64,000 bases of DNA from an uncultured delta proteobacterium (GCA_963769935.1 CAVYNY010000022.1:128001-192000), one strand, 5' to 3'; shown: positions 53,506-64,000, counted from the stretch's first letter. Notes: generated from the sequence alone by a model not told the origin. A program made the numbers and translations.

Positions 53506-56448
53506 ATGCAACTGACACCATTTGACATCACCTATCGTTCTGCTGAGAAATTTTTTCAGGATTACCTCCAGCTCAAGGAGGGCAAGCTGTTTGTGCAGGC
53601 CGAAAATCCCGTGCCGAAAGATTCGCCGGTGGCCCTCAATTTTTTGGTGCCCCGCATCGATTATACCTTTCAACTGAACGGAATCGTATTGAAAACCCGC
53701 GGCCGCAAAATTGCGGAGCAGGTGGATAAACACCCGGGCATGCTGGTTGGTGTAAAAGATGATCTGGAAAAAATATTTGATAAATTAGACTTGAAACTGT
53801 TGGCCGACGAAAAATACCAGTTCCTGCTGGCACTTTGTGATACGTTGAAAGATTCCTGCTCCATCATCGCCTACGACAGCATCGATGAAGAGGCTGGGTC
53901 AAAGGAAGAGACCCCGTCGGACTCGGCATCAGAGCCGAACCCGGAATTGCCCACAACGGATCAAGGCGGGCCGAATTCGCGCACGCCGGCCGCAGTTGAA
54001 GCGCCAGCAGGAGGGCAATTGCAGTCTGAAGGTCTTGGGCAGGAAACTGAAAACAACTTTCCCCCTAAGACGACCGGGGCTGCCGCCGATGAGAAATCAG
54101 CAGCCGCGCTGGAGAAGCCGCCTGAACCCGATTCCGAACAAAAGCGCGCTGCGCTCCAATCGGATGAAACGTCCGGTGAAGAAGCATCCCAACTGAGCTT
54201 TGACTGGCTGCGTGAGGCCATTGCCCAGGAAGAGGCGGTCATTGAGGAAGCACCGCCGCCGGAGATCCAGGCTCCGCCGACCCAGGATAAAAAAAACCTC
54301 AGCCCGGAGGAGCGCGCTAAAGTAAAGCCGGTTGCAGAATTCATTATGGATCTGACAAAAGCCATGCTGCGCTCCGGCTATTATTCGCACGAACATCCCG
54401 GATCCCAGAAAGCCAAAAAGGGACTCTATGCGCAGTTTATAAAGAGCCTGGGGAAATCCTCGGAAATAATGATCACCAACGTGGAAACTCCCCAGAAAAA
54501 AGATATTTTAATCACGGGTATTCTGGATGAGCCGGTCAGCGTACGCACCCTGGTGGGAGCCGGCATGGCGGAGCTGTTTGTTCCCAAATTGACCGAGTTT
54601 TTTAACCGCAAGGGGTTGCTCAGCTTTGCCATCAAGAAGCAAATCACCGCCGCCCATTTCGAAAAGTACATCGACATTATGAGCGATCCCAGGGCGGATC
54701 ACGGCCGAAGCAAGAAAATGGGCGAGCTTTTATCCCGGGCCTTGGCGAAAAATGGAATTACGGAAATTTCCACCATTTTTATGGACGATATCATCGTTCT
54801 GGAGAAAAATCTGCCCTGGCGCGTTGAAATGGCCATCCAGCGACTGACGAAGGACTTAAAAATCCTGCCGATGTTTAAAAGTAAATCGGATGAAGCCATT
54901 CTCAACCTGAAGGTAAAAATCATCCATGACATCATCCGACCTTTGAAATATGGTGCCTACCTCAAAGAACTCCTGGTTAATTGCTATATTATAGCGCAGC
55001 ATGTTGATAATATAGAGTCTGAGGAAATAGAAGGGGTGATCATCGAGGGGATGCCGCCGAATTTGCTGCTGCCTACCGCGCACCACGTATTTGAAGATCT
55101 CAAGGACCTCAATAAATTAAAAGCTAAGGAAAAACCGAGTGCGGTCCTGCAGCGGCGGCATGAGGGGGTCAAACGCATCATTAAAACCTTGTCGCGCAGA
55201 CTGATTCAGCTGAAAGTAAAAGGCGCGCAAAGCTTTCTGGAGGGGCTGCACAACAGCAACGTATTGGCTTTCAACGAGCTGCCGTCCGATGTGCAATACC
55301 TGGTCAATACCATGAAAATAGTGCGCGATGTGAAGGCGCGTCTCAATATTTACATTAATTGGGTATTCCAGCGGTTGACCCCCATAGATGCAATCGTCAT
55401 GTTGAAATGCTTCCGCCGGGTGATACCGATCGTTCTTGAAGAACAGAATTGGATGGTGGCCTTCAAAATCACCCTGGCGGTCAACAAGGTCAAAAACGAA
55501 ACGGATCTGTATTCACCCAAAAATAACCTGCCGGCCAACCCGTTTTATTTTATATTCAAAGATGGGTCCGACATGTTATCCAACGCATACTTGACGGTAT
55601 CGACCACTTCACGCTTGGAGATTGATCAAATCGTTCGCCGGTTGGGCAGCAAGGGTCTGGATATTTTAAATCTGATTCTCATAAAAAGTGAAAATTCCGA
55701 TGTGCGGACCGATGCGATGGAGACCGTTGTGAGTATGGGTGAAAAAGCGCGCCTCTGGAGTTTAAATGTCCTCCATAAAAACGGCCAGGATGTCGGAACT
55801 CTGAAGAACGCGTTGGCGATTATGCGGGAGGTGGGCAAAGCAAATGCGGATACCGGATTGGTCAAAAAATATGCCGACCATGCCGATCCTCAGGTTCAGG
55901 AAGAATCCCTGCACACCCTCATCAGTTTCAATGCCGAGGATCTGGAATCGGTTATCATAAAGGCCTTGACCAATCCGGATGACAAACTGCGCTGGCGTGC
56001 GCTTACCGCTCTCGGTAAATTGAACAGTCTATCCCAGGAGGCGATCGCCCAGATCCTGCAGATCATAACTTCCGATCCCCCGGATGATGACCAGCAGACG
56101 TCAGCCCACTGCCGCAAAATTGCCCAACTGATTCAAGCACTAGGGGCTTTAGATAACTTTCCGGCTCTGGACCACCTCGAGGAAGCGATTCTCAAAGTCG
56201 TTCAGAAATCGGTTGACTCCGGCAAGGGACTGATCACCCGTTTGAAGCTGCAATACCCCACCCCAGATCAAACCACCATTCTGATCGCCGCCTTCGCTAC
56301 GCTCGGTAAAATTGGATCTGCGAAGTCCAACGATCAATTAGCGAAATTGGCCAAGGGCAAATCGGCCATCGCCCTCGAAGCTCAGAAGGCCATTAAACTA
56401 ATCGCGGCGCGCCATACGAGAACTGCAGCGGCTGGGGCTGCGCACTGA
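53506..56448 (+). CDS. Large protein: N-terminal PilZ-like domain, acidic linker, C-terminal HEAT repeats
   Basis: N-terminal GKLFV...PGMLV; low-complexity E/P/A linker; DPQVQEES and DDKLRWRALTALG HEAT-like repeats. Confidence 0.7.
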   Translation: MQLTPFDITYRSAEKFFQDYLQLKEGKLFVQAENPVPKDSPVALNFLVPRIDYTFQLNGIVLKTRGRKIAEQVDKHPGMLVGVKDDLEKIFDKLDLKLLADEKYQFLLALCDTLKDSCSIIAYDSIDEEAGSKEETPSDSASEPNPELPTTDQGGPNSRTPAAVEAPAGGQLQSEGLGQETENNFPPKTTGAAADEKSAAALEKPPEPDSEQKRAALQSDETSGEEASQLSFDWLREAIAQEEAVIEEAPPPEIQAPPTQDKKNLSPEERAKVKPVAEFIMDLTKAMLRSGYYSHEHPGSQKAKKGLYAQFIKSLGKSSEIMITNVETPQKKDILITGILDEPVSVRTLVGAGMAELFVPKLTEFFNRKGLLSFAIKKQITAAHFEKYIDIMSDPRADHGRSKKMGELLSRALAKNGITEISTIFMDDIIVLEKNLPWRVEMAIQRLTKDLKILPMFKSKSDEAILNLKVKIIHDIIRPLKYGAYLKELLVNCYIIAQHVDNIESEEIEGVIIEGMPPNLLLPTAHHVFEDLKDLNKLKAKEKPSAVLQRRHEGVKRIIKTLSRRLIQLKVKGAQSFLEGLHNSNVLAFNELPSDVQYLVNTMKIVRDVKARLNIYINWVFQRLTPIDAIVMLKCFRRVIPIVLEEQNWMVAFKITLAVNKVKNETDLYSPKNNLPANPFYFIFKDGSDMLSNAYLTVSTTSRLEIDQIVRRLGSKGLDILNLILIKSENSDVRTDAMETVVSMGEKARLWSLNVLHKNGQDVGTLKNALAIMREVGKANADTGLVKKYADHADPQVQEESLHTLISFNAEDLESVIIKALTNPDDKLRWRALTALGKLNSLSQEAIAQILQIITSDPPDDDQQTSAHCRKIAQLIQALGALDNFPALDHLEEAILKVVQKSVDSGKGLITRLKLQYPTPDQTTILIAAFATLGKIGSAKSNDQLAKLAKGKSAIALEAQKAIKLIAARHTRTAAAGAAH

Positions 56449-56551
56449 TGTGCTTAGGGCTCACTCAAAAATAATTTCACTATTATAGTATCGTAAAAAA
56501 TTCCCCGGGTATTCTGCAATATTCATCTGCTTTCCGGCCAGGCGGCCGGTG

Positions 56552-56782
56552 TCAATTTTTATTGAAAGCAGCCGCTGACGGACCGCAATTGGTACACATT
56601 CCGGGTCCCGCTGCAGCCGGGAAACCGCCGGCATAGTCGTGAGATGCGCCGACTGAAAAACTTGACATCAGTTTTTTCACTTTGCCCTGACAGAGCGGAC
56701 ATTTTACCTGGGAATTATGGGAAGCGACCAGGAGGTCAAATTTATAGTCGCAGTGTTCACAGTTATATTCGTATAAAGGCAT
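56552..56782 (-). CDS. FmdB family zinc-ribbon protein
   Basis: MPLYEYNCEHC...CPLC...KKLMSSF. Confidence 0.88.
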   Translation of the reverse strand: MPLYEYNCEHCDYKFDLLVASHNSQVKCPLCQGKVKKLMSSFSVGASHDYAGGFPAAAGPGMCTNCGPSAAAFNKN

Positions 56783-56850
56783 GACCTTTTCTCCTATCTC
56801 GTACCAGAAATATTATTTTGGGCTTTTGATTGTGCCGTAATCGGCTGGGA

Positions 56851-57051
56851 TTATAAATTAGAATTTAAGATCTCATGCGTCCGTATGCAAGGGGTGTATT
56901 CGGCTGCATCAAAGGTGGACCCGATCGGATCCGGAAAAGAAAATTTCAGATTTCTCTCGGCCAGAAGCTTGCCCAGTTGGACGGCCGCACCGGCGTAGGC
57001 CGAATTTCGACCCGCCCTGGAACCGCAAAATAAGCAGATGCTTTTTTGCAT
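56851..57051 (-). pseudogene. Truncated LOG family (TIGR00730) gene
   Basis: SICLFCGSRAG...YAGAAVQLGKLLAERN, then loses homology before the YGG motif. Confidence 0.7.
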
Positions 57052-57084
57052 TTTTCAGAATGCCTCAAGCCATTTTATCAGTTT

Positions 57085-57834
57085 TCAGCCCAGTGCCGTA
57101 TCGCCGGCATCCACCAGGATCGTCTGTCCCGTGGTGGATTTCGCATCGGCTGCCAGATAAACGGCCGCGGCCGCTACATCTTCACGGTCTATTGTCTTTC
57201 CAAGGCGGGTGGGTTTTTGCAAATCCTGCAGGACTTCCGGCGCCCAGTTGACGAAGCCGGTGTCAACAAACCCCGGTGCGATGGCATTCACCCTGATTTC
57301 CGGCGCCAGCGCCCGGGCCAGGGCCTTGGTAATGCTGGAGAGCGCTGATTTGGCGGCGACATAAATCAGGGAGCTGCCGCGCGCCGTATATGCGGCAACG
57401 GAAGTGGTATTTATAATCGAGGCATCGCCGGTGGCTTTTAAATGCGGAACTGCGGCCCGGATGCAGTAAATAGGGCCTTTTACAATCACGCGCCAGGTAT
57501 TTTCCAGTACCTCCTCACTCAGAAGCTCCAATTCGTGATGCGGAATGAAACGGGTCCAACCGGCGTTGTTGATCAGCAGGTCAAGCCGACCCATGCGCTC
57601 CACCGACTGGGCGATCAATTGCCGGGCCTGCCGGTCATTGGCAACGTCGGCCCGGAGCGCCCAGGCGCGGCCCCCGGCCTCTTCGATCCGGCTGACAACT
57701 TCGTGAGCCTGCTTCTTTGATTTGCTGTAGTTGACCACCACGGCCGCACCTTCGCGGGCGAAGCGCAAGCACATCGCCCGGCCGATTCCGGTGCCGCCGC
57801 CGGTCACCACCACCGCTTTATCTTTGAATTTCAT
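57085..57834 (-). CDS. SDR family oxidoreductase
   Basis: TGGGTGIG, NNAG, YVAAK, RVNAIAPG. Confidence 0.93.
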   Translation of the reverse strand: MKFKDKAVVVTGGGTGIGRAMCLRFAREGAAVVVNYSKSKKQAHEVVSRIEEAGGRAWALRADVANDRQARQLIAQSVERMGRLDLLINNAGWTRFIPHHELELLSEEVLENTWRVIVKGPIYCIRAAVPHLKATGDASIINTTSVAAYTARGSSLIYVAAKSALSSITKALARALAPEIRVNAIAPGFVDTGFVNWAPEVLQDLQKPTRLGKTIDREDVAAAAVYLAADAKSTTGQTILVDAGDTALG

Positions 57835-57901
57835 TAGACCTCCTATTTACCCAACGCGGCAGCAACTGTTTAACGCTGAATGTGCAATTAATCAGGGCGG
57901 A

Positions 57902-58684
57902 TTAATTAGATTGTATGACGGTTCCGGAGCTGAATCGCCGACCGACCATATTCGACAGCGTATCCGGCCCCTGCCACTGGATGATATGAACCCGCGGTAC
58001 ATTATTGGCCAGCGCTTCGAAAGCGGATTCCATTTTGGCTACCATGCCGCCTTTGATGGTGCCGTCTGCGATCAGGGCCTGCGCCTGCTCAACAGTGAGG
58101 GCCGGCCGGATCTGCTCCCGGACCAAAACACCGGGGACATCCGTTATAAAAACCAGATCGGTGCAACGGGCCGCCGCGGCAAGGGCCGCGGCGGCGCTAT
58201 CGGCATTGACATTGTAGCTGGCCCCGTTTTCATCGGTGGAGATGGGGGAGATGATCGGCACCATTCCTGCTTTTAAAGCTTCCAGTACGATCCCGGGATT
58301 GACCTGCTTGATTTGGCCCACGTATCCCCAATTCAGCCCGCCGCGGGTTAACGGTTCGACAAGAAAAAGGTTTTCAGTTCTGCCCGACATCCTTTGGCAG
58401 GCAATGCCGTTGGCACTAATCCAGGCTGCAATCCGTTGGTTGATGGTTCCGGAGAGGACCTCCTCGACGATTTTTATATCTTCCGCCTGCGTCAGCCGGA
58501 TGCCGTCGATAAATTGGGTTTGCCGTCCGGCATCCTTAAGCGCCTGCGAGATTTCAGCACCGCCGCCATGCACGATGATAAGCTCCAGGTTCCGACTGGA
58601 TTTTACGGCCGTTGCCAGTTCTTTAAACCCCTGTTCTCCTTCAAACGCCCGGCCGCCGATTTTAACTAGGAGTCTTGAAGTCAT
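57902..58684 (-). CDS. argB: Acetylglutamate kinase
   Basis: VKIGG, VHGGG, YNVNAD, TDVPGV, IKGGMVAK. Confidence 0.93.
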   Translation of the reverse strand: MTSRLLVKIGGRAFEGEQGFKELATAVKSSRNLELIIVHGGGAEISQALKDAGRQTQFIDGIRLTQAEDIKIVEEVLSGTINQRIAAWISANGIACQRMSGRTENLFLVEPLTRGGLNWGYVGQIKQVNPGIVLEALKAGMVPIISPISTDENGASYNVNADSAAAALAAAARCTDLVFITDVPGVLVREQIRPALTVEQAQALIADGTIKGGMVAKMESAFEALANNVPRVHIIQWQGPDTLSNMVGRRFSSGTVIQSN

Positions 58685-58903
58685 TATTTATTCACACCAA
58701 TTTATGTTTTCTATAAAATAGACAGCCGTGTATTAACATTTTAGTTGTCTGTTGTTGATTAGGAGCTAGAAAAATCTATTATCCAATACACTAAGGGATG
58801 AAATCGCTGGCCTCTTAGTGAATCCTGCGACTGGCAACCTGCAGCAACCTGCAACTAACCACCTACAACCAACAACACACGCCATTGCACGTAAGCGCAA
58901 TGG

Positions 58904-60670
58904 CTACATGTTTTCCAGGACGTCCACCCCCAGCAGATTCAGCCCGTTTTTCAGCACCACGGCCGTTGCCTTGATCAACGCCAGCCGGGCTGCAATCAGC
59001 TGGTCGCTGCCCGCCTGCAGCACCGGGTGCTTGTTGTAAAACTGGCTAAACGTCTTGGCCGTGTTAAACATGTGCGCGGCAACTTTGGAAGGGTTGAGAT
59101 CCTCGACGGCCCCTTTAACCTCTTCGGGAAACTGGATCAGTTTCTGAAGCAGCTGGACTTCTTCACTGTTGCCCAGCAAGGAGAAATCCGGCTCAATCAG
59201 GGGCGTTTGATTGGGCTTGGCTTTTTCCAGAATACCACAGATCCTGGCATACGCATACTGGCAGTAGGGCCCGGTAAAGCCGTCAAATGAGATGGACTCG
59301 GCCGGATCGAAATTAATGCTCTGGGCGGGACGCACCCGCAGCAGATAGAATTTAATAGCGCCAACCCCTATTTTTTCAGCCCTGTCCCTGACTTCTTCCT
59401 CAGCAAGCCGACCGTCAGGGTCCCGCCGGCGGATTTCATCTGCTGCCAGGTTTATCATCGCGGCAACAAGATCATCGGCGTCGACGATCTTGCCTTCGCG
59501 GGACTTCATTTTGCCTTCCGGCAAATACACCATGCCGTAGGACAGGTGATAGCAGTTTGGCGCCCACGCATAGCCCAGAGCAGCCAGGATCGCAAACAGG
59601 CATTTGAAATGATACTCCTGCTCGCTGCCGACCACATAGATGGAATAGTCCAGGTTGTGATCGGTAATTTTCAAAACAGCGGTGCCGATGTCCTGGGTAA
59701 TGTACAGGGCGGTTTCGTCAGCGCGCAGCACTGTGACTCTCTTGGGCTCTCCATCCTTGTCGCGGCCGAATTCTTCTTCCGGCAGGAAAAACACAGTGTT
59801 GCCGCGCGGGTCCAGGGCGAACACCTTTTTCTCCAGACCCTTTTCGATGATGTCTTTGCCGAGCTTATAGGTGTCGGATTCATAGTAGAAGACATCGAAT
59901 ATCAACCCGAAGCGGCGGTAGGTTTCCGCAAAACCATCATACACCCAGCCGTTCATTGTCCGCCAAAGTTCAATGGTTTGCGGGTCGCCGGCTTCCCACT
60001 TTTGAAGCATTTGCTGGATTTCATTTTCGAGATTCGGATTCTTTTCGGCTTCCTGGGCGTAGCGTACGTAATATTTGCCGACAAAGTGGTCGCCCTTGAG
60101 GCCTTCCGATTCCGGGGTCGTGCCGTTGCCCCACCGCTGCCAGGCCAGCATGCTTTTGCAGATGTGAACCCCCCGGTCGTTGACCAGGTTGGCTTTGACC
60201 ACCCAGTGTCCGGTGGCTTGGTACATGTTGGCAACCGCCATGCCCAGTGCGCCGTTGCGCAGATGCCCCAGGTGCAGCGGCTTGTTGGTGTTGGGCGCCA
60301 GATACTCCACCATCGCGCGTTTGGCTTGACCGATGTCCGATGAACCGTAGGCGGCATCCCGGCTGATGATATGACGGCAAACATCACCAAAAAGCAAATC
60401 TTCCTTAATTTTAAGATTTATGTACGGGCCGGCAGCGCCGGCCTTTGCGATGACGTCATCGGGTTCGATATGCGCCACTATATTGGCAGCGATTTCAGCC
60501 GGCGATCTGTGAAACTGTTTTGCCAGGGGAAAACACCCGACGGCAAAATGCCCCATCTGCGTATCCGGCGGAAACCCGATTTCAAGTTGGTCTGCGGGAT
60601 GATCATAGGCTTTTTGGGCGGCCGCACTGATTTTATTCAGGATTGTTTGCTTGAGTCCGGTAACTGGCAT
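58904..60670 (-). CDS. argS: Arginine--tRNA ligase
   Basis: PNTNKPLHLGHLRN, KMKSREG, GPYCQYAYAR, C-terminal ENM. Confidence 0.97.
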   Translation of the reverse strand: MPVTGLKQTILNKISAAAQKAYDHPADQLEIGFPPDTQMGHFAVGCFPLAKQFHRSPAEIAANIVAHIEPDDVIAKAGAAGPYINLKIKEDLLFGDVCRHIISRDAAYGSSDIGQAKRAMVEYLAPNTNKPLHLGHLRNGALGMAVANMYQATGHWVVKANLVNDRGVHICKSMLAWQRWGNGTTPESEGLKGDHFVGKYYVRYAQEAEKNPNLENEIQQMLQKWEAGDPQTIELWRTMNGWVYDGFAETYRRFGLIFDVFYYESDTYKLGKDIIEKGLEKKVFALDPRGNTVFFLPEEEFGRDKDGEPKRVTVLRADETALYITQDIGTAVLKITDHNLDYSIYVVGSEQEYHFKCLFAILAALGYAWAPNCYHLSYGMVYLPEGKMKSREGKIVDADDLVAAMINLAADEIRRRDPDGRLAEEEVRDRAEKIGVGAIKFYLLRVRPAQSINFDPAESISFDGFTGPYCQYAYARICGILEKAKPNQTPLIEPDFSLLGNSEEVQLLQKLIQFPEEVKGAVEDLNPSKVAAHMFNTAKTFSQFYNKHPVLQAGSDQLIAARLALIKATAVVLKNGLNLLGVDVLENM

Positions 60671-60816
60671 TAAATATTCCTTATAATGATCCTGCTGAGA
60701 TTTAGAAATTTAATTTATGACAGAAAAAAAATCTGCAATCAAGGAGAAACCTTACATGAAGCAGGCCTTGTGATTTAAACTCTCAATAGAATGAATTCGC
60801 AAAAATTGCAGACTAA

Positions 60817-60972
60817 GGGCTCACTCAAAAATAACTTCACATTTTATACGCCGATGCATCTCATGCGGCTGCGTTGCGAAAGCTCGGAATATCCAGATAT
60901 TCCTGCGTTTTCGCGCCTTGCCGCAAGAGCGCCTCAACGCTTAAAACTGTGAATTAATTTTTTCGTGAACCC
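60817..60972. mobile_element. MITE, 156 bp, with imperfect terminal inverted repeats and flanking TAA duplication
   Basis: taa|gggctcactcaaaaataacttcac...gtgaattaattttttcgtgaaccc|taa; solo ends at 56457-56480 and 24392-24416. Confidence 0.75.
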
Positions 60973-60988
60973 TAAGTGAAGGCTATGT

Positions 60989-61205
60989 AAATTCCAAGCA
61001 CCAAAACTCAAATAACAAACAAATTCCAATGACCGAAATTCAAAATTTCAAACAACAGATCTTTCCACCGATTCGCCAAACGGCACTATCACCGGCAGTT
61101 AATGGTTTGTGAAGCGATGCGCTCCACCTACACTGAACGTTTTGTTCATTGAGTATTGGAATTTGCGATTTATTTGTAATTTGGTACTTGAGATTTGGGA
61201 TTTCA
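60989..61205. repeat. Imperfect long inverted repeat built from AT-rich 7-mers
   Basis: aaattccaagcaccaaa...caaataa...tccaat versus attgga...ttatttg...tttggtacttg...ggattt; related tract at about 53118-53310. Confidence 0.6.
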
Positions 61206-61305
61206 TTTATCTATAGAACCTTCTGACGCAACTGGATTCAAAATTACCTTAACGGTACCCCACTTATATACACAAAGAGCACAACATACTGTGGTTATTC
61301 CGTGC

Positions 61306-61334
61306 TTGACACACAAAAATTAATTTGCCATAGT
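61306..61334 (+). promoter_or_regulatory. Sigma-70 promoter for pyrB
   Basis: TTGACA-N17-CATAGT. Confidence 0.55.
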
Positions 61335-61430
61335 CCCCTGTCAACAAAGAAATTCATCTTTTACACCCGATCCGGGCAAGCCGGAATTGAAGATTGAAAA
61401 TGGCGAATTGAATTTTTTCAGGAGAAAAAA

Positions 61431-62513
61431 ATGGAGAAATACGCGGAACAAACGCAACAGGAATTCGAAGGCTGGCAGGAATTTATCAACAAACCCATCG
61501 ATGAAAAAGTGGGTGAATTCAAGAGGAATGATCGCCTATTTGATGTCATATATGCCCAGCAGTTCGACCGGCCGTTTCTGGATTATCTTTGCAATCTGGC
61601 CGATTCGATCAGACTGCTGGCCAAAACGAAAGTGGGCCAGAGCAAATTGCGGCACCTGCTGCCCCACAAACGTGCGATGCTTTACTTTGTTCAGCCTTCG
61701 ACCCGGACGTTTCTATCCTTTCAAAATGCCTGTCACATTCTGGGATTGTCTATTTCCGAAATCCGGGGAACATCGACCAGTTCCGAAGTGAAGGGCGAAT
61801 CACCCGAAGACACCATCCGCACGTTTGCCAGTTACGTCGATCTGATTATTTCGAGGCATCCGGAAGCCGGGTTCGCCGAAAAAACGGCCTGGGTCCTGAA
61901 TCAAACCGAGCGCCCCGTTCCGGTGTTGAACGGCGGTTCAGGTCCCGATCAGCATCCCACCCAGGCGCTGCTGGATATTTACACGCTGGAAAGAGAATTC
62001 AGAACCATCGGCGGTCTGGACGGCAAAAAGATTGCCATGGTCGGCGATTTAATGCGCGGCCGTACCGTACGTTCTTTAAGTTATTTAATGAAAAATTACA
62101 AAGACGTTGAGCTGGTATATGTTGCTCCGGATGTCTTTCGGATGAAAGACGACATTAAAGAATTTTTAAGCAAGCATGCGATTCCCTTCAAAGAAACCGA
62201 TAATTTTGAAAGTATCCTGCCGGAAGTCGATGCCATTTACATGACCCGGATCCAAAATGAGTATGCCGCGGACCCGAGGAGCGAAGCCGAAACCTATCCG
62301 GGTTTTCATCTTAAAATGAAGCATCTGTCCATGATTCAAACCCATTGCGCCATTCTGCACCCGCTGCCCCGGCGTTATGAAATCGATGTCAGAATCGACA
62401 AAGATCCGCGGGCTGCGTACTGGCGTCAGGAGCGCTGCGGCATGTGGATCAGGGCGGCTCTGATTGCCTATATTTTCCGGGTGGACGATGAGATTATGGA
62501 GGAGTTTAATTAA
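61431..62513 (+). CDS. pyrB: Aspartate carbamoyltransferase catalytic subunit
   Basis: PSTRTFLSF, KGES, HPTQALLD, MTRIQ, HPLPR. Confidence 0.95.
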   Translation: MEKYAEQTQQEFEGWQEFINKPIDEKVGEFKRNDRLFDVIYAQQFDRPFLDYLCNLADSIRLLAKTKVGQSKLRHLLPHKRAMLYFVQPSTRTFLSFQNACHILGLSISEIRGTSTSSEVKGESPEDTIRTFASYVDLIISRHPEAGFAEKTAWVLNQTERPVPVLNGGSGPDQHPTQALLDIYTLEREFRTIGGLDGKKIAMVGDLMRGRTVRSLSYLMKNYKDVELVYVAPDVFRMKDDIKEFLSKHAIPFKETDNFESILPEVDAIYMTRIQNEYAADPRSEAETYPGFHLKMKHLSMIQTHCAILHPLPRRYEIDVRIDKDPRAAYWRQERCGMWIRAALIAYIFRVDDEIMEEFN

Positions 62514-62619
62514 TCTGCCCCATAAAATTTCCCATCCATCCAAGTTGTAAATTGCTTTTTGGCAATTGAAGCAAGTTTTTAAAATCCAGGATCAGGCGGA
62601 TTAATTAAGCTTAAATATT

Positions 62620-62935
62620 TGGTATCGATTTTTGACCCCTTGGCAACGAGCTGGTCGACCAGGGGAATCAATAGCTCATTTATATTGGCAATCACGTCAT
62701 CCTTCAATCTGCAGCTTTCGATGCTCGATGTGCTCCAGGACCTCCGTGAGAGAATTGTTTTTTCGCTCGAGTTCGATGATTATTCCTGCGTAGATCCTCC
62801 TCTGAGGTCTTCAAAGTTTCTTCAGTCTTTTTATATTCGGTGATATCTCTTCCTACCGACTGAATTTCCTGCAAATTGCCGGAATCATCAAACAACGCCC
62901 GCCGGCGCCATTCCACCCAGAAAATTTCACCATTA
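62620..62935 (-). pseudogene. Frameshifted fragment of a PAS-domain regulator
   Basis: GEIFWVEW...IQSVGRDITE followed by a coiled coil (ELERKNNSLTEVL) in shifting frames. Confidence 0.55.
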
Positions 62936-63074
62936 ATTAATTATTGCAATGATCTTTGAATTATGCTTTGCAACAAGCTGGCAATTTGCAGCCTGCCTGT
63001 CGGAAAAATCATTCTGTTCGGCCGGATGTGAAAAAATTGCCGATCATTTTTCCAGTATTCCATTATTCCATGGG

Positions 63075-63168
63075 GTTCTATGGCGGCGCTTTGCATTGCG
63101 CCACTACGGATGTTTACCGTGAAGGCACCTGCGAAGATTACTTCCCCAAACAGGGGGAGGGATTTTAA
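63075..63168 (+). pseudogene. C-terminal remnant of an amidinotransferase
   Basis: FYGGALHCATTDVYREGTCEDYFPKQ resembles the GGxxHC catalytic end of glycine/inosamine amidinotransferases. Confidence 0.55.
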
Positions 63169-63309
63169 GTCCTTAGAAGTAAAGTCTATGCTCATGATAT
63201 TAAGGATTAGTTGCGCTGACTGCCAACCTAAAAGCATTGAACAAGTTATTGCAGTCGATTTCAGGCCAGCCGGAGCTGGATTAATAACTACGGATGGATT
63301 ACATGTACC

Positions 63310-64000
63310 ATGGATGCAGCAATAAATTACATAGAAGTAGTGGAAATCAATGACCACCTAATCTATTTTTATTGGGGACGTCACCAGGACCACGCTGAAA
63401 TGGATATGCGTCTGGGCGGCGGCACGTATGCAATCTACAAGGGGGATTCGGCCATCATTGTCGATACCATGGACTTGCCCGGTCAGGGAGCCTGGGTAAA
63501 GAATCACCTGCAGACACAATACGCCATAAGGAATTTTATGGTGGTAAACACTCACTGGCATCTGGATCACATTGCCGGCAATCACGTGTATGCGAATTGC
63601 GCCATCATCGGTCATACCGACACTAGAACCATAATATCAGCCAATAAAGAAGCCATCGAAGCCGGGACGCTATGGGGAGGATTTCCGGCATTTGCGGCGA
63701 TCCCGCCCAATATTACCTTCACGGGCAGAATGGATCTCTGGTTGGACAATCTGAAGGTCGAACTTCATGAGTTTAAAATTCATTGTGCAGGCCACTTAGC
63801 GGTTGTTTTACCCGATGATAAAATTCTGCTGGCCGCCGATATGCTGGAAGATCCGATCTGGATTTTCCAATTTAACTTTGCGTCACCTGAAACTCAGCTG
63901 GCAGAGTTCGACAGAATGAGGACCATGGACATCGACCGCATTTATGCCAATCATTGCAATTTAGATACAGTCAAGACCGGCGGCTATGACAAGCGCTTTA
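63310..64000 (+). CDS. MBL-fold metallo-hydrolase (3' end runs off the window)
   Basis: Hand-translated open frame: AIIVDT...NTHWHLDHIAGN (HxHxDH)...LLAADMLE. Confidence 0.85.
   Translation, partial: MDAAINYIEVVEINDHLIYFYWGRHQDHAEMDMRLGGGTYAIYKGDSAIIVDTMDLPGQGAWVKNHLQTQYAIRNFMVVNTHWHLDHIAGNHVYANCAIIGHTDTRTIISANKEAIEAGTLWGGFPAFAAIPPNITFTGRMDLWLDNLKVELHEFKIHCAGHLAVVLPDDKILLAADMLEDPIWIFQFNFASPETQLAEFDRMRTMDIDRIYANHCNLDTVKTGGYDKRF

Noticed and set aside
61261..61296. NrdR-box-like cacaacatactgtg upstream of pyrB
   Set aside because: Single imperfect match with no properly spaced second box

Overview
Window from a sulfate-reducing deltaproteobacterium-like genome (Desulfobacterales-like; inferred from gene content and repeat style). 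Core genes: amidase, tRNA-Pro/Leu/Asp/Val, tig-clpP-clpX-lon, fabH, apgM, argG-carA-carB, argS-argB, pyrB. Accessory material: a GIY-YIG mini-element at tRNA-Pro, an AOR/aldolase/dehydrogenase cluster, an AT-rich decayed integrative island (about 32.2-37.2 kb) bounded by tRNA-Leu 3' fragments, and many small repeats, MITEs and 7-nt-periodic tracts. Two observations stand out. (1) An unannotated 29-codon leader with 10 Arg codons and competing antiterminator/terminator helices lies upstream of argG-carA-carB, which is the layout of a classical ribosome-mediated attenuator, here for arginine. (2) A co-oriented cluster XRE - ImmA/IrrE peptidase - hypothetical - Ycf46-like AAA+ ATPase - SNF2 helicase - Cys-rich YqhG-like protein - small protein - DUF1257 - DUF2997 is a candidate stress-inducible or defence system. 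Several frameshifts (39.8, 47.7, 49.1-49.9 kb) may be sequencing errors. All family assignments are from motif recognition, not database searches.
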